A DNA stretch of 64,000 nucleotides from Eledone cirrhosa (GCA_964016885.1 OZ024762.1:28086001-28150000); one strand, 5' to 3'; numbered from the stretch's first letter, positions 1-13,289 are shown. Translations and numbers: made by a program. Notes: generated by a model from the sequence alone, not told the origin.

Positions 1-182
1 ACATTTGAAATGAACTTCAAGCAGTTGCTCAATATTGAGCAAAACAATAGCTTTCATCAAATTTTCATCATCGACCTGAAGATGATGCCTAAAATCATCA
101 GCTATAATTCCCCAATGGCGTTCAAATAACTCTCTTGGATCGGCAGGATTGCAGAATCCTAGAATCGTGACAAACAACTGCC

Positions 183-2159
183 TTATTTGAGTTGGCGTCT
201 GTGTTGTTCCTGCACTTCCATGGCGTTATTCCATTCAGCGTCATCCTGAAGGAGTCCCAGATGCTGACACACAGCCTGGTATGTTTCATATTCCACACCA
301 TTGATTGTTTTCAAATCAGCGAAGCTCTGTTTACCTCTCGAAAAATCACTATGCAACAGAATTCGGAGATAAAACACATCACCAGATGCTGGATGGACAT
401 TACAAACCCGTCCAATAGTTATGAATCTCAACTTTTGTTTTCTATCATTCCATTTCTTTCCCTTCTTATCCCACGTATAGTGCGAAGGGAAATCGCAGTA
501 GAGCTGCCTTTGATCCGGGTTCAAAGCATGTTCTCTATTATGCTTGAACCACTCAGTCAATTCCGTCTTAGGAGGTGGTGCGTTAGCAATTCTTTCGACA
601 CCTCTTCTAGTGTTCTGAAAACAGACCATTTGCCTATTCTCTAAGTGAACCGTCAGTTTCTGAACGCTGGGTTTGCGTTTATTGAGATCAAAATCGAACA
701 ATCTCCAGCAAGCTTCGCTAGATCCAATCGAGCGAACATCCTGGAACCTGCCAACTTGATCTCCTTGGTTCGCTTCCTCATTCCTGACATTCATCATTGT
801 CCGATCATGACCTTTGTAAACATATTTGAATAGATAGTTGCAAGCTTTCACTGAGCTACAAATTTCCACATTAATATGACAACGATATTTCATAATCAAA
901 TATGGATTGTATGGCACAACCCATTGATTTGTAACCTGTCGACTGTTCACATTTTCGACCAAACCGCCATCGGCAGGCGACCGTCTTCTGTATGAGGGAT
1001 GAGCATCCCCATCATTCCAGGAAGTGTTTGTGACAAAAGATTTCGGAAAGTGCTTACTGCATTGACCATTTTTTATGCAAGGCGCTTTCCAATTTGCCAC
1101 TCCGCATTGGTTGTGCACCATTGACTTTGCCACCAAGTTGCGTAGTGCTTCACTCTCCGGGAGTTCAGCACACACAATGCTGTCGACATCCTCAGCACAT
1201 CTCAATTTGCAATCTTTATGTAAAATGATCAGCAAATGTGCATGTGGCAATCCTCTTTTTTGGAATTCAATTACGTATGTAAAAGCAACTATACCTCCAA
1301 AGATTCCCTCTTTTTCCACATCATCCATTATCTTTTTCAGATATCCTTTGAATACTCTTGCCACAATATCAGGACGGTCCTTTGGCTGTTGTCCTGGCAA
1401 AAGTGCATCCTTAATATTAGTCCATTCAGGATTGCATGTAACCGTTATAAACAAATCTGGCTTTCCAAACTTTCTGACAATAGCCATTGCATCCTGATAG
1501 CGAATGTTCATATATCTCGGGCCGCCGATGAACAGCAATGGCAAAATGATGCGTCGACCAATTTGCTTGTAATTGGCATCATCGGCTGTTATCGCATCCT
1601 GTATATTATTATACAATTCAGCTCTGATATGTTGCTGATGTGTAGCTATATAATTTAGCCTTTGATTTTCCATCTTTGCGAATGCCATACAACAGTATTC
1701 CTGGAACAATCTGCTGGCTTGAAATAGCGCATTTCTCTGTTGATTCCTCTCATTCAAAGGGAACGCGTAAAAGTCACGGATCGAATTATTGTGTCTATTG
1801 CCACCTCCCTGTTGATGCTGATTCTCATGATCATCTAAATGAACAGACATGTTCCATTCATTTTTGCCTTTTGGGAATAAAAGAACATAATGCAATGGAG
1901 CGTATGCCCTATTTGACTCATTGATAGTCTTGAGACCACCATCTCTGCGATTGAGGGGCATTATATCGCCGTTCGTGTTGATTCTTGGCAATGCGTCAGC
2001 CTTAATCACCAATGTTTGCTGCTGAACATTTTGCAGTTCAGCCACCAACATGAAATCCATAACATAAGGATTACACTGTCTAAGCCATGATTGCAAATCA
2101 TGGATCAAATCACTTAACCTTTGCCGTTCAAGTTCAGTTATATTTCCCGGCAACTTCAT
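183..2159 (-). pseudogene. Helitron RepHel, Rep (HUH endonuclease) domain
   Basis: Rep motifs 1-3 are present: KFGKPDLFITVTCNPEW, YVIEFQKRGLPHAHLL and YLFKYVYKGHDR. Also NQWVVPYNPYL, HINVEIC and FYLRILL. Frameshifted at both ends relative to the neighbouring pieces. Confidence 0.92.
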
Positions 2160-3004
2160 CCAACCGATCCTGATATCCTCCTCCGATTCACTATAATCTG
2201 GTCGTTAAAGTAAATTTGAGCGAATCGAGGCCTCTCTCCTGGGGTAACTTCTAAATTACCGATACAATGATACAAACTGCCTTGAATGACTACATTCGGT
2301 TGCCATGCTCCACTCTCAAACATCTCACTAACTCTCTGCGATGCTAAAGCTAATGAATTGTTAATTTGCTGCGAATATTTGCGCAGTAATCTACCTCGGT
2401 CTCCTTGATCACCCCACATACTTAGTATTTTAAACTCCGGTGACTCCTCATCATCTGGCATTCGCAAGGGTTCTAGTTGAACTGCTCCTTTATGACAGTA
2501 CATTGTGGTCCACGTTTTTTCGTGCCTCCAAAGCAATGCTCCACAATGTGGACACTCTGCTCGTCCACCAATCTGAAAATGACACGGTTGCCATGATCCA
2601 TTTTTAATATCATTCGTTCGCCTTCTAGCCTCTTTACTGGAATGAGGAGCACTTTGGCGACACATTCTCTGAACTTCTGTATTGCACTGGTGCTGTTCAG
2701 CCAGCTCCTCTTCATCCATCGCAGCATGCCGTTGCTGCTGAATTCTGGCCATCTGCTGATGATGCTCAGCCAGTTTGTCTTCAACCATCGCAGCACGCCG
2801 TCGCTGCTTGGCTCCAGTGTTTCGTTGGCGTTGTTCAGCCAGCTCCACTTCATTCATGGCGGCACGTCTTCGTCTCTGAAGTTCAGCATTCTGATGGCGC
2901 TGTTCGGCCCGTTTTTCTTCATTGCTGGTTGCACGCCGTCGCTGCTGTAGTTCCCTGTTTGATAAAGTTGAATTGCTTTTATTATCAGTATTCATTTCGA
3001 GCAA
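2156..3004 (-). pseudogene. Helitron RepHel N-terminal region
   Basis: Charged repeats (QRRRRAAMNEVELAEQRQRN), then CPHCGALLW, INNSLALAS, IQGSLYHCIGNL and PRFAQIY, which are typical of Helitron N-termini. Overlaps the start of the Rep ORF. Confidence 0.8.
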
Positions 3005-3504
3005 TTGTCAAAAAACGACACAATAATAAATATAAAAGATGTCCGTCAATGTAAAAAAAGGTCCCTATTTACTCCCTTCACAACTCTGTGTATGTTAGAC
3101 TGACAGACAGGCACACAGACAGATAAACTGTGTGGCGATTGTGGAACGTTCCACGTACACACATACAAACGTGCACACACACAAACTTACACACGCACCC
3201 GTGCACTTACACACACGCAGACACTCACACATGTTGATAGATTTTACTTTCTGTGGAACGCTGCATGCACGCACACACATAAACATGTGCGCACGTACAT
3301 ACACACGCACACATGGTAATAGTTACACCGTTCACTTTGCCTCTCTGTTTCTTACTCTCCCTCTCACTCCCTCATTGGCATTATGCATATTAATTTAAGC
3401 TTGGCGTCGTTGAGGTGTGCGGAGTCGTTTGAAACCTATGAACCAATGATAATCGAGAATTATGACACACGGGATACTGACATTGTTGAAATTAATATAT
3501 AGAT

Positions 3505-3600
3505 ATGTTTCTTTATTAGCCACAGGGGCACAAAAGAAGGGGACAAATACAAAGGGGGAAGTTTACATACAATAAAAATGTGTAAAATGTTATCACAAAT
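3505..3600 (-). mobile_element. 3' end of Tx1/L1-like LINE (same terminus as 21335 and 23095)
   Basis: The reverse complement reads ttgtatttgtccccttcttttgtgcccctgtggctaataaagaaacat, matching the terminus at 23150-23205. Confidence 0.55.
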
Positions 3601-3705
3601 GCAATTTAAAAAATTAGTCGAGTTTCCCCAATATATAGATAGTGTGGTGTATATAATATTGTGGTATATTATATATAGTGTGTGTGTACATATAATGACT
3701 TTACT

Positions 3706-3870
3706 CTAAAGGATGGGGATGTTGTGTCTGACTGCGACATCGAACCACAGGCTACCCAACACCTCCTGATATACCCCCTGCTGGAACACCTCTGCACAGT
3801 ATTGGACTTGGCAGAGTTTAATGAGAAAGGACAGCAATGTGTTCAGCTCTGGTGGAACCACATCTAGCCA
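3706..3870 (+). mobile_element. C-terminal fragment of an Ingi/Vingi-like non-LTR element
   Basis: DCDIEPQATQHLLIYPLLEHLCTVLDLAEFNEKGQQCVQLW resembles a degenerate C-terminal CCHC region of I/Ingi/Vingi ORF2 (recognised from memory). Confidence 0.45.
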
Positions 3871-4261
3871 AGCTTTGTAACTGACAATAAGATGAACTGT
3901 TGAATCAACAAAAACTGTAAAATATATATTTAATCTATGGTTAGATGCTCCCCATAATGCCAACCACTTTACAGAGTGTACTCAGTTCATTTTCTCATGG
4001 CACTCGTACTAAAGAGGTTGTCACATGTTTGTACAGACTCAAGAGTCCTCATTGGTCCTATATTGTTATTGTTGAATCAACAAAAACAGTGTAAAGTATA
4101 TATTTAATCAGATGTGCTAATCACAACCAGTGTAGTTTGATAGGGTAACATTGATGAAACTGATAAAGTTATTTGGACAGAGGGCATTGACTGAGAAGAT
4201 GGTAATTATATAGTGTGGCCCGGATTTCACGCAAATTCAAGTATAACATGCTAATTGTTCT

Positions 4262-5765
4262 TTAACCCTTTAGCATTTACATTACTCTATATTTACTATT
4301 ATATTTTCACAATAAAGGCTTTATCTCACATAATATCTCACATAACATTTACATTACTCTATATTTACTATTATATTTTCACAATAAAGGCTTTACCTCA
4401 CATAATATCTCCATTACTCTATATTTACTATTATATTTTCACAATAAAGGCTTTATCTCACATAATATCTCACATAACATTTACATTACTCTATATTTAC
4501 TATTATATTTTCACAATAAAGGCTTTACCTCACATAATATCTCCATTACTCTATATTTACTATTATATTTTCACAATAAAGGCTTTACCTCACATAATAT
4601 CTCCATTACTCTATATTTACTATTATATTTTCACAATAAAGGCTTTATCTCACATAATATCTCCATTACTCTATATTTACTATTATATTTTCACAATAAA
4701 GGCTTTATCTCACATAATATCTCACATAAGATTTACATTACTCTATATATACTATTATATTTTCACAGTAAAGCCTTTACCTCACATAATACCTCACATA
4801 ACATTTACATTACTCTATATATACTATTGTATTTTCACAATAAAGGCTTTATCTCACATAATATTTACATTACACTATTTTTACTATTGCATTTTCACAG
4901 TAAAGGCTTTACCATACATAATATCTCGCATAACATTTAAATTACTCTATATATACTATTGTATTTTCACAGTAAAGGCTTTACCTCATATAATATCTCA
5001 TAACATTTAAATTACTCTATATATACTATTGTATTTTCACAGTAAAACCTTTATTTCACATATCTCACATAGCATTTACATTACTATATACTATTGTATT
5101 TTCACAGTAAAGCCTTTATCTCGCATAATACCTCACATAGCATTTACATTAATCTATATATACTATTGTATTTTCACAGTAAAACCTTTATCTCACATAG
5201 CATTTACATTAATCTATATTTACTATTGTATTTTCAAAGTAAAAGCTTTACCTCACATAATATCTCGCATAACATTTACATTACTCTATATATACTATTG
5301 TATTTTCACAGTAAAGCCTTTATCTCACATAATATCTCGCATAGCATTTACATTCTCTATATTTACTATTGTATTTTCACAGTAAAGCCTTTATCTCGCA
5401 TATCTTGCATAGCATTTACATTAATCTATATTTACTATTGTTTTCACAACAAAGGCTTTATCTCACATAAAATTTACATTAATCTATATTTACTATTGTT
5501 TTCACAGTAAAGGTTTTACCTCACATAATATCTCACATAACATTTACATTACTCTATATTTACTATTGTATTTTCACAGTAAAGGTTTTACCTCACATAA
5601 TTATCTCCCATAATTTTGTGTAGCATTTACATTACTCTATATTTACTGTTGTATTTTCATGGTAAAGACTTTATCTAAGATAATTGTCTCAAATAATATT
5701 GAATCTATGAGATTTTGATATTTATTTTGAGAACAATACCTTAACATCAGTATGAGTAGCCAGTT
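4262..5765 (+). repeat. Tandem array of 60-80 bp units amplified from the left end of a piggyBac-type MITE
   Basis: Starts TTAA-CCCTTTAGCATTTAC and repeats cattactctatatttactattatattttcacaataaaggctttatctcacataat. The MITE body resumes at ~5690. Confidence 0.9.
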
Positions 5766-5888
5766 GTTTGATATAGGTCTTGGCTTGTCGTTCTGTTAGC
5801 TCTACAGCAATGTCCTGCAAATCTGACTTTCTGCGCTCTTTGATGATGTCTGTTACTGGACGAAGGTTCTCATACAGTCGCTCTTTTA

Positions 5889-6630
5889 CTCTTTAGCATT
5901 TAAACTGGCCATATCCAGCCAGAATTCTCTCACCTCTTTCTGTTCAAAATGGCCATAACTTGATACTCATTCTGATGATAAGGTATTGTTATCAAAAATA
6001 CATATCAAAATCTCATAGATTTGATATTATGCGAGATGATTATGTGAGGTAAAGCCTTTACCATGAAAATATAATAGTATATATAATGTAAATGCTAAAG
6101 GGTTAACCCTTTAGCATTTAAACCTGCTGTATCTGGCCAGAATTCTTTCACCTCTATCTGTTCAACCTGGCTGTAACCGGCCGCTCATACTTATGTTTTG
6201 TTCTCAAAATAAATATAGAAAATCTCATATATTCGATATTATGTGAGATAATTATGTGAGGTAAAGCCTTTACTATGAAAATACAATAGTAAATATTGAG
6301 TAATGTAAATGCTAAAGGGTTAATGTTGGTAACACTCAGTTGAAGCTGGGGAGTGGTTGGGTGATAGGAAGAGCATCCAACTGTAATAAAACATGCCAAA
6401 AAGTGAATTAACCCTTTAGCATTTACATTACTCTATATATATACTATTGTATTTTTGTGGTAAAGGCTTTATTTTACATAATTATCTCACATAATAGCGA
6501 ATCTACGAGATTTTGATATTATTTATTTTGAGTACAATAACTTATCAGTATGAGCAGTCAGTTATGGCCAGTTTGAACAGAAAAGGGTGAGAGAATCTGG
6601 CCGGATATGGCCAGTTTAAATGCTAAAGGG
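5889..6630. mobile_element. Three piggyBac-type MITEs (~215 bp): 5889..6102, 6107..6319, 6412..6630
   Basis: TIR CCCTTTAGCATTTA...TAAATGCTAAAGGG flanked by TTAA. The first two copies share one TTAA (6103-6106). Confidence 0.85.
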
Positions 6631-7399
6631 TTAACAAAAGAAAACGGGATATCAGCTGATGCTACTAGCAGGCTACAGGTTTAAGCAGGGGGAAGTAACT
6701 CTGAATAACTGATATTGGGTAGACAAAATGTTTTAATCCTTTAACAGACAAGCTGGTTAGTGGCTGTAGGTACAATGAAATGCTCCCTGTTAGTGCTGGC
6801 TGCACATTCCTAGAAGATAAATAACCTATGACTTAGGGACTACACATCTTGTTAGGGCCCCAGTAGGTGAAAGTGTGTGTGTGTATGCATGCCTATCTCT
6901 CTCTGTGTGGTGTACATGCATGGGTGTGTATATGTGTGCATGATGTCTGTGTGTGCATACATGTATATAGTGTCTTCATGCATGCTTGTGTGTGTATGTC
7001 TATGTATGTGTGTGTATATGTATGTATGTGTATATACGTGTGTGTACATGTATGCATGTGTGTGTATGTCTCCGTTTGTGTGTGTGTATATCTCCGTGTG
7101 TGTATATCTCTGTGTGTGTATGTCTCCGTGTGTGTGTTTTGCCCCTTTGCCCTGTCATATGACCATATCAAGTGTTAAGAGTTTAAAGGTTGTTATATTT
7201 ACAGCTATCTACCATCACTAAATTGTTGACAGTCTGGTATCATGGCACTTATGTGTGTGATGCTTATATATGTGGGTGTGTATCATATTTATATATATAT
7301 ATATATATATAGATGTGTGTGTGTCATTCCTGTATATGTTTATATGATGCCATCTCTCTATATGTGTGTGTTGTCATATATATATATACATATATATCA

Positions 7400-7820
7400 T
7401 CATTTCATTTTACGTCCACTTTTCCCTGCTTGCAAGGGTGGGACGGGAACTGATTCTGGCTTGATTTCTACAGCTGGATGCCCTTCCTAACACCAACCTC
7501 ATTTACAGTATGAGCTGGGTGCTTTTTTGCTGTGGCACCTCCTCCCCCACCGCAAGGTGGTCGTGGAGGTACCACGGCAAAAAAGCACCCAGCCCACACT
7601 GTAAAGTGGACGTGTAGGCGCCACGAAAAAGCACCCAGCACTCACTGTAAATGAGGTTGGTGTTAGGAAGGGCATCCAGCTGTAGAAATCAAGCCAGATC
7701 AGTTCCTGTATGAGCAAGGCATGGTCAGCCGACCAGACACTGCACACAACAGGACAACCCGTCTAACCCATGCTAGCGTGGAAGAACGGACGTAAAACGG
7801 TGATGATGATGATGATGATA
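7400..7820. mobile_element. Two RTE/SINE 3'-tail fragments in opposite orientation (7400..7540 minus, 7541..7820 plus)
   Basis: Match the 3' UTR of the LINE at 8203-8475 and the SINE tails. The plus copy ends in an (ATG)n tail. Confidence 0.8.
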
Positions 7821-8202
7821 TATATATATGACACAACAGTTGTCCCCCTGGTATTTTGGGGGGTTACCTTCCTAGAGCACCTGCGAAGAGTGAAAAAACA
7901 CGAATATTGGACGTGGTCCATAAAAATACCTTTATATCATCACCATCATCGTTTAACGTCCATCTTCCACGCTTGCATAAATGTCAAAATATAACGTAAA
8001 ATATAGTTAAAAAAAGAGGGAGCGCCTTATACGAAGGGCCGTCCAATAGGGTGGTAATAATTTAGTGTTGGAAAAAATATATATATTGCCACACTAAAAA
8101 AAACATTAAAAAAATCGCGGACAATATTTACGATTCTGCGGTTGGTTCTAAAGAAAATTCCTTGAATAATCTGTACCGCGACTTTTGTCTCACTCTGTGT
8201 GT

Positions 8203-11200
8203 GTATCATCATCATCACCGATTTACGTCCGTTCTTCCACGCTAGCATGGGTTAGACGGGTTGTCCTGTTGTGTGCAGTGTCTGGTCGGCTGACCATGCC
8301 TTGCTCATACAGGAACTGATTTGGCTCGATTTCTACAGCTGGATGCCCTTCCTAACACAACCTCATTTACAGTGAGTGCTGGGTGCTTTTTCGTGGCACC
8401 TACACGTCCACTCTACAGTGTGGGCTGGGTGCTTTTTTGCCGTGGTACCTCCACGACCACCTTGCGGTGGGGGGTGTGGGGGCATATTGTCTATATGCTT
8501 CAGCTTGTACCCATGGGAGGTCGGGTATTCTGTATTACTGCGTGACGCCAGAGGTCACGGTCGTGTGTCATTGCCTTTGAGAGGTGTAATTGGGTAAGGT
8601 CGGCTTTTATCACCTCATCCCAGGTCATCTTGGGTCTCCCCACTCCGCGGTTTCCATCGACTTCTAGTGCTCTGCACCTTTTTATGCAGCTGTCATCCTT
8701 CATACGCATCACATGTCCATACCAGCGCAACCGCCTCTCCTGCACACAGCATTTGATTCCTCTTATGCTCAGTCTCTCTCTCAATTCATTTATGCTTTGT
8801 CGTTCACGTATATTACTGTTACACATCCATCGGAGCATGCAGGCTTCGTTTCTCTCTAATCTACGTAAGTCTTCCACCTTCAGCGCCCAGGTCTCACTAC
8901 CATGCAACATTGCTGTTCGGATACACGCATCATACAGTCTGCCTTTCATTCTGAGGGAGAAGCCTTTTGCAGCTAGCAGTGGTAGTAGTTCCCTAAACTT
9001 CTTCCATCCCGTTCTTACCCTAGTTATTATACTTTCTGAACACCCACCTTCGCTGCTAATTCGGTCACCTAGGTAGCACAAGCTGTCTACTGTTTCTACA
9101 GAGATTGGTGGTACTTGTTTCCTGTGGCTATTTGCTGCTTGCTGTCCCAGCACAGCTGCTGCATGTGAAACCTACATTCTTAATTAAGCTTCCTGAGATC
9201 CCGCTACATCTCTTGTGTACCCATTGTTTGCATTTGGGGCAGAGAATGGAGTTCCTACCCACACCTTTCCTACATACTGAGCAAGGCCATTTCCCTGAGG
9301 GGATCTGGGTTCTGTTTTCTCGTCTACTTACAAGGACCTTAGTCTTTGTCATGTTGACTTTGAGACCCTTTCCTTCTAGTCCCTGCTTCCAAGTTTGGAA
9401 TTTATTCTCTAGTTCTACCATAGATTCAGCTATGAGTGTGAGGTCATCAGCATACAGGAGTTCCCATGGGCATCCGGTCTTAAACTCCTCCGTTATTGCC
9501 TGCAGGACTATGATGAACAGGAGGGGGCTAAGAACAGAGCCCTGGTGGACCCCAACCTGTACGCTAAATTCCTCGCTATACTCATCGCTAATCCTAACTT
9601 TGCTGACTGCTCCCCTATACATGGCTTGTACCGCTTTCACAAGCCATTCATCTACTCCTAGTTTTCTAAGAGCCCACCAGATTACAGCACATGGAACTCT
9701 GTCAAAGGCTTTATCAAGGTCGACAAATGCCAAGTAGAGTGGCTTACTTTTAGCTAGGTACTTTTCTTGTAACTGCCTCACAAGGAAGAGGACATCAGTG
9801 GTGCCTCTTCCTGGTACAAACCCAAATTGCATCTCGTCTATTTTCACCCGGTCCCTAATCAACTATGCTATAACTCTTTCTGTTACTTTCATGATCTGGT
9901 CCATCAACTTTATACCTCTATAGTTTCCTCTATCTAGTGCATCGCCTTTACCTTTGTAGCAGTTGACAATGATGCTACTGCACCAATCTTTTGGTATGAC
10001 ACCTTCTAGTATTACCTGGTTAACAATACGTGTGGTTATAGTGTGACCTACAGACCCAGATGCCTTCAGCATCTCGGCAGCTATACCCGATGGACCGGTT
10101 GCCTTCCCCATCTTCATATCTTTGATTGCCTTACTTACTACGTTGCTGCTGACTTGTACTTATAGGGTTTACTTGGGGTAGGGTCTCTTCTTCCCATGCA
10201 TTCTCCTCATTTAGTAATCTATCATAATGACTCTTCCAGGCATCTTTCTTCTCAGCACTTGTGAGGGCAAGCTCACCTTTATCATTCCGGATACACTTCT
10301 CTCCAATGACATCACAACTATCTCTGACACACTGCCTCGCAATCTTGAACACCTCCTGTTTCTGATCCTCACGTTGCAAAACATGCTTGAATTTTCTATC
10401 CGCTGCTTCCCTCCTAGCTAAGTATACTTGTCGCCTAGCTTCCCCCTTGGTCTCTATGTAATGTACCCTGCTCCCCCTGTTCTTCCATTCTTTCCATGCC
10501 TGTCTCTTGGCCTTAACTGCTTCATCTACCTTATTGTTCCACCACCAAGTCACTCTCCTCCTGCTTGAGGTCTTACTCCAGCCACAGACCTCATCCGTTG
10601 CCTCTAGTAAATTATTTTTTAGGAACTCTCAGTTCTCTTCTACATTGAATGTCTCTATCTGTTCTTCTTTACTATCGTAGGCGTTGAGTAAAATATCTTT
10701 AAATCTGTTACTGATTGAGGGGACTTTCAGCTTCCAGATCTTTCTTCTCCAGGTTGGCCTCTGTTTCCAGGTTTGTCTAGTTCTGACCGTGAGGTCGCTG
10801 ACAACTAAGCTATGTTGGGATGTACATTCCTCACTAGGGAAGGCTTTTGTGTTTACGGCCGTCCATCTGTCACATCCTCTGATGAGGATAAAATCTATCT
10901 GACTGGAGTGCTCCCCTGATCTATAGGTGATCAGGTGGTTGTCGGGTTTTTTAAAGTTTGTGTTACATATTGACATGTCATTGGCGTCGCAGAATTCTAG
11001 AAGTCTGAATCCTTCCTCATTTCTTGTGCCAACCCCATGGCCTCCATGTACTCTATTGAAGCCGTCGCAGTGTTTACCTACGTGTCCGTTAAAATCTCCT
11101 GCGATGATTAGGAAGTCATTGTCGTCTGTTAGAGCAGTAGTGTGCATTAGGGACTCGTAAAACCTATCCTTAAGTTCGTCTGGCAGTCCCGATTGGGGTG

Positions 11201-11365
11201 CGTAAGCTGATATTATTGTGGTAATTGTTTTATTCAGGACTAGTCTGAGTTTAATGATTCTTGCATTTACCCTGTACACTGAGATTACTTTATCTACCCA
11301 CTTGTCAGCTAGTAGTATACCTACACCACCCATCCCATCGTCATTTCCCACCCAGAAAAATTTGT
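8203..11365 (-). mobile_element. RTE-clade LINE, family 1, 5'-truncated within the endonuclease
   Basis: APE endonuclease (GVGILL, SAYAPQ, IAGDFNGHVG, QIDFIL, SQHSLV), RT (NYRGIKL, FVDLDKAFD, VHQGSVLSPLLF, LLYADD, YLGD), C-terminal RLRWYGHVMRM and GRPKMTW, and a 3' UTR with (ATG)n tail. Contains stops and frameshifts. Confidence 0.95.
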
Positions 11366-11367
11366 AG

Positions 11368-11715
11368 TATCATCATCATCATCATTATCATCATTTTACG
11401 TCCGCTTTTCCCTGCTTGCAAGGGTGGGACGGGAACTGATTCTGGCTTGATTTCTACAGCTGGATGCCCTTCCTAACACCAACCTCATTTACAGTGAGTA
11501 CTGGGTGCTTTTTGCCGTGGCACCTCCACGACCACTTTGCAGTGGAATGATAGGGACCCCAGTCCCTATCATCTCATTTCTACAGCTGAGTAAACTGGAG
11601 CAATGTGAAATAAAGTGTCTTGCTCAAGGAAACAACACATCACCCGGTCTGAGAATTGAACTCACAACCTTTCGATTGCAAGCCCAATCCTCTAACCACT
11701 AAGCCATGTGCCTCC
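11368..11715 (-). mobile_element. tRNA-derived SINE (type A) with RTE-derived tail
   Basis: Minus strand head ggaggcacatggcttagtggttagagg...gagttcaattctc (A/B boxes), core ttccttgagcaagacacttt, RTE-like tail and (ATG)n. Confidence 0.85.
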
Positions 11716-12127
11716 ATGTATATACATATAAAAAGGTAGATAGAGAGAGAGGAAGCGAGGTAGAGAGAGAGAGGAAGCGAAGTAGAGAGAGAGAGGAAGC
11801 GAAGTAGAGAGAGAGATGAAGCGAGGTAGAGAGAGGAAGCGAGGTAGAAAGAGTGAGTGAGTGGGAGGGAGAGAGAGAAAGCGAGATACATATATATATA
11901 TAGGGAGAGAAAGCGATATATATATATATAGGGAGAGAGAAAGTGAGATACATATATATAGGGAGAGAGAGCAAGCGAGATACATATATATAGGGAGAGA
12001 GAGATAAACAAATATATATATATATATATATATTCATTAGTTAAGCAAAACAAGACCACAAATTTCACAAGGAAGACATTATTAAAAGATTGTCAACATA
12101 TTTTAGTTTGATGTAAGGAATGTAGAG

Positions 12128-12452
12128 AATAATAATAATTGTTTCTACCTTTGGCACCAGTACATTACTGGTACTTTATTTTATCGACCCCGTAAGGATG
12201 AAAGGCAAAGTTGACCTCAACGGGATTTGAACTCAGAGAATAATAATAATAATATTAATAATAATTGTTTCTACTTTAGGCACAAGGCCAGCAATTTCCC
12301 AGTACATTACTGGTACTTTATTTTATCGACCCCGTAAGGATGAAAGGCAAAGTTAACCTCAGCGGGATTTGAACTCAAACCGTAAAGGGACGTAACTATG
12401 CTAGAAAGCATGGCGTCCAACCCTCTACCGATACTGCCAATTCACCGCCCCC
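12128..12452 (-). mobile_element. tRNA-derived SINE (type B, Nin/Deu-like core): one full and one partial copy
   Basis: Contains gagttcaaatccc and gcctttcatccttacggggtcgataaaataaagtaccag, with an (ATT)n tail. Further copies at ~16465-17040, 23520-24140, 27677-28090, 32120-32298, 35603-35782 and 59918-60111. Confidence 0.8.
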
Positions 12453-12855
12453 TTTATTAATAATAATAATGTCCGTTTACAATTGTTTCGCTACTCCATA
12501 TAATATTTCTGTTGAAAATAATTAACATATTTAAAAAACAGAGTGGCTCATCGGAACTTCAAAGGAATATAAATGAAAATAATGAGAGAATGTTACATAA
12601 TATAATGTTCCATATATTGGTTTTTCACTATGGTGTCTTGGTTGCATCAGTTGTCAGCCATAATCAAGCAGTATTCATCTGTCGAGGCTGCATTGTGTGA
12701 GATCTGCATGAACCCAGCCACCTAGCTGCTTTCTACTGCATATTGCACATTGAGCACATGCCTTTACGCTTTGGCTTCTAACTAATTCACCAATCTCTCC
12801 TCTCATATCTCCTCTCCTATCTCCATCTCTCTCTTTAAGATTGGTTACTCTTGAA

Positions 12856-12898
<43 letters not shown>

Positions 12899-12979
12899 AA
12901 AGGTAAACAGAAATAACACATTCGGTACAGTATATGGAAGGTATATATTAGGTTAACGCTTGATATAGCAGGAAGAGGG

Positions 12980-13016
12980 TCTTAACGTTTTGGACGCTAG
13001 TCCTTCATCAGAAGAA
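12980..13016 (-). ncRNA. Degenerate minimal hammerhead motif (Penelope pLTR remnant)
   Basis: Minus strand: tctt CTGATGA a GGAC tagc GTCC aAAAC GTT A aga. Stem III is the palindrome AACGTT. GAAA is mutated to AAAA. Confidence 0.5.
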
Positions 13017-13289
13017 AGAATGAGAAATAAAATAGATTGAGGGGATGGGGCGGGATGGAATTGGGAAAAATGTCTTTAGATAAAAATAACAGGTCCATTC
13101 ATGTTGACATCTCTTGAGAGAGAAAGAGACTGTGAATGCTGGAATGCTGGGGGTAGACTGTATTTCATTAGAATGATAATGAAAGGGTTAACATATTTTT
13201 TTAAGAACTCGTGGAATATATGTGAGGTAGGAGGGGCAGATGTTCCAAATATTTTCAGAAATGAGACTGCTTTGTCAATATTGATGTCT

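Larger units (their letters stand above)
1..3503 (-). mobile_element. Helitron, autonomous-type but frameshifted; runs off the window at position 1
   Basis: The minus strand starts A|TCTATATATTAATTTC at 3503, a typical Helitron 5'-TC end. ORFs 2156..3004 and 183..2159 encode the Rep region, and Helitron-like protein continues in another frame at 1..185 (QLFVTILGFCNPADPRELFE). Confidence 0.9.

Noticed and set aside
7837-7930. Possible Tigger/pogo-like transposon end (cagttgtccccctggtattttggggggttaccttcc)
   Set aside because: Only one degenerate end, with no partner TIR or TA TSD found.
12630-12780. Unique-looking sequence with a short Cys-rich minus-strand frame (RSQSVKACAQCAICSRKQLGGWVH)
   Set aside because: No recognisable homology or convincing splice-site pair. 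It could be a UTR exon, but I cannot support that.
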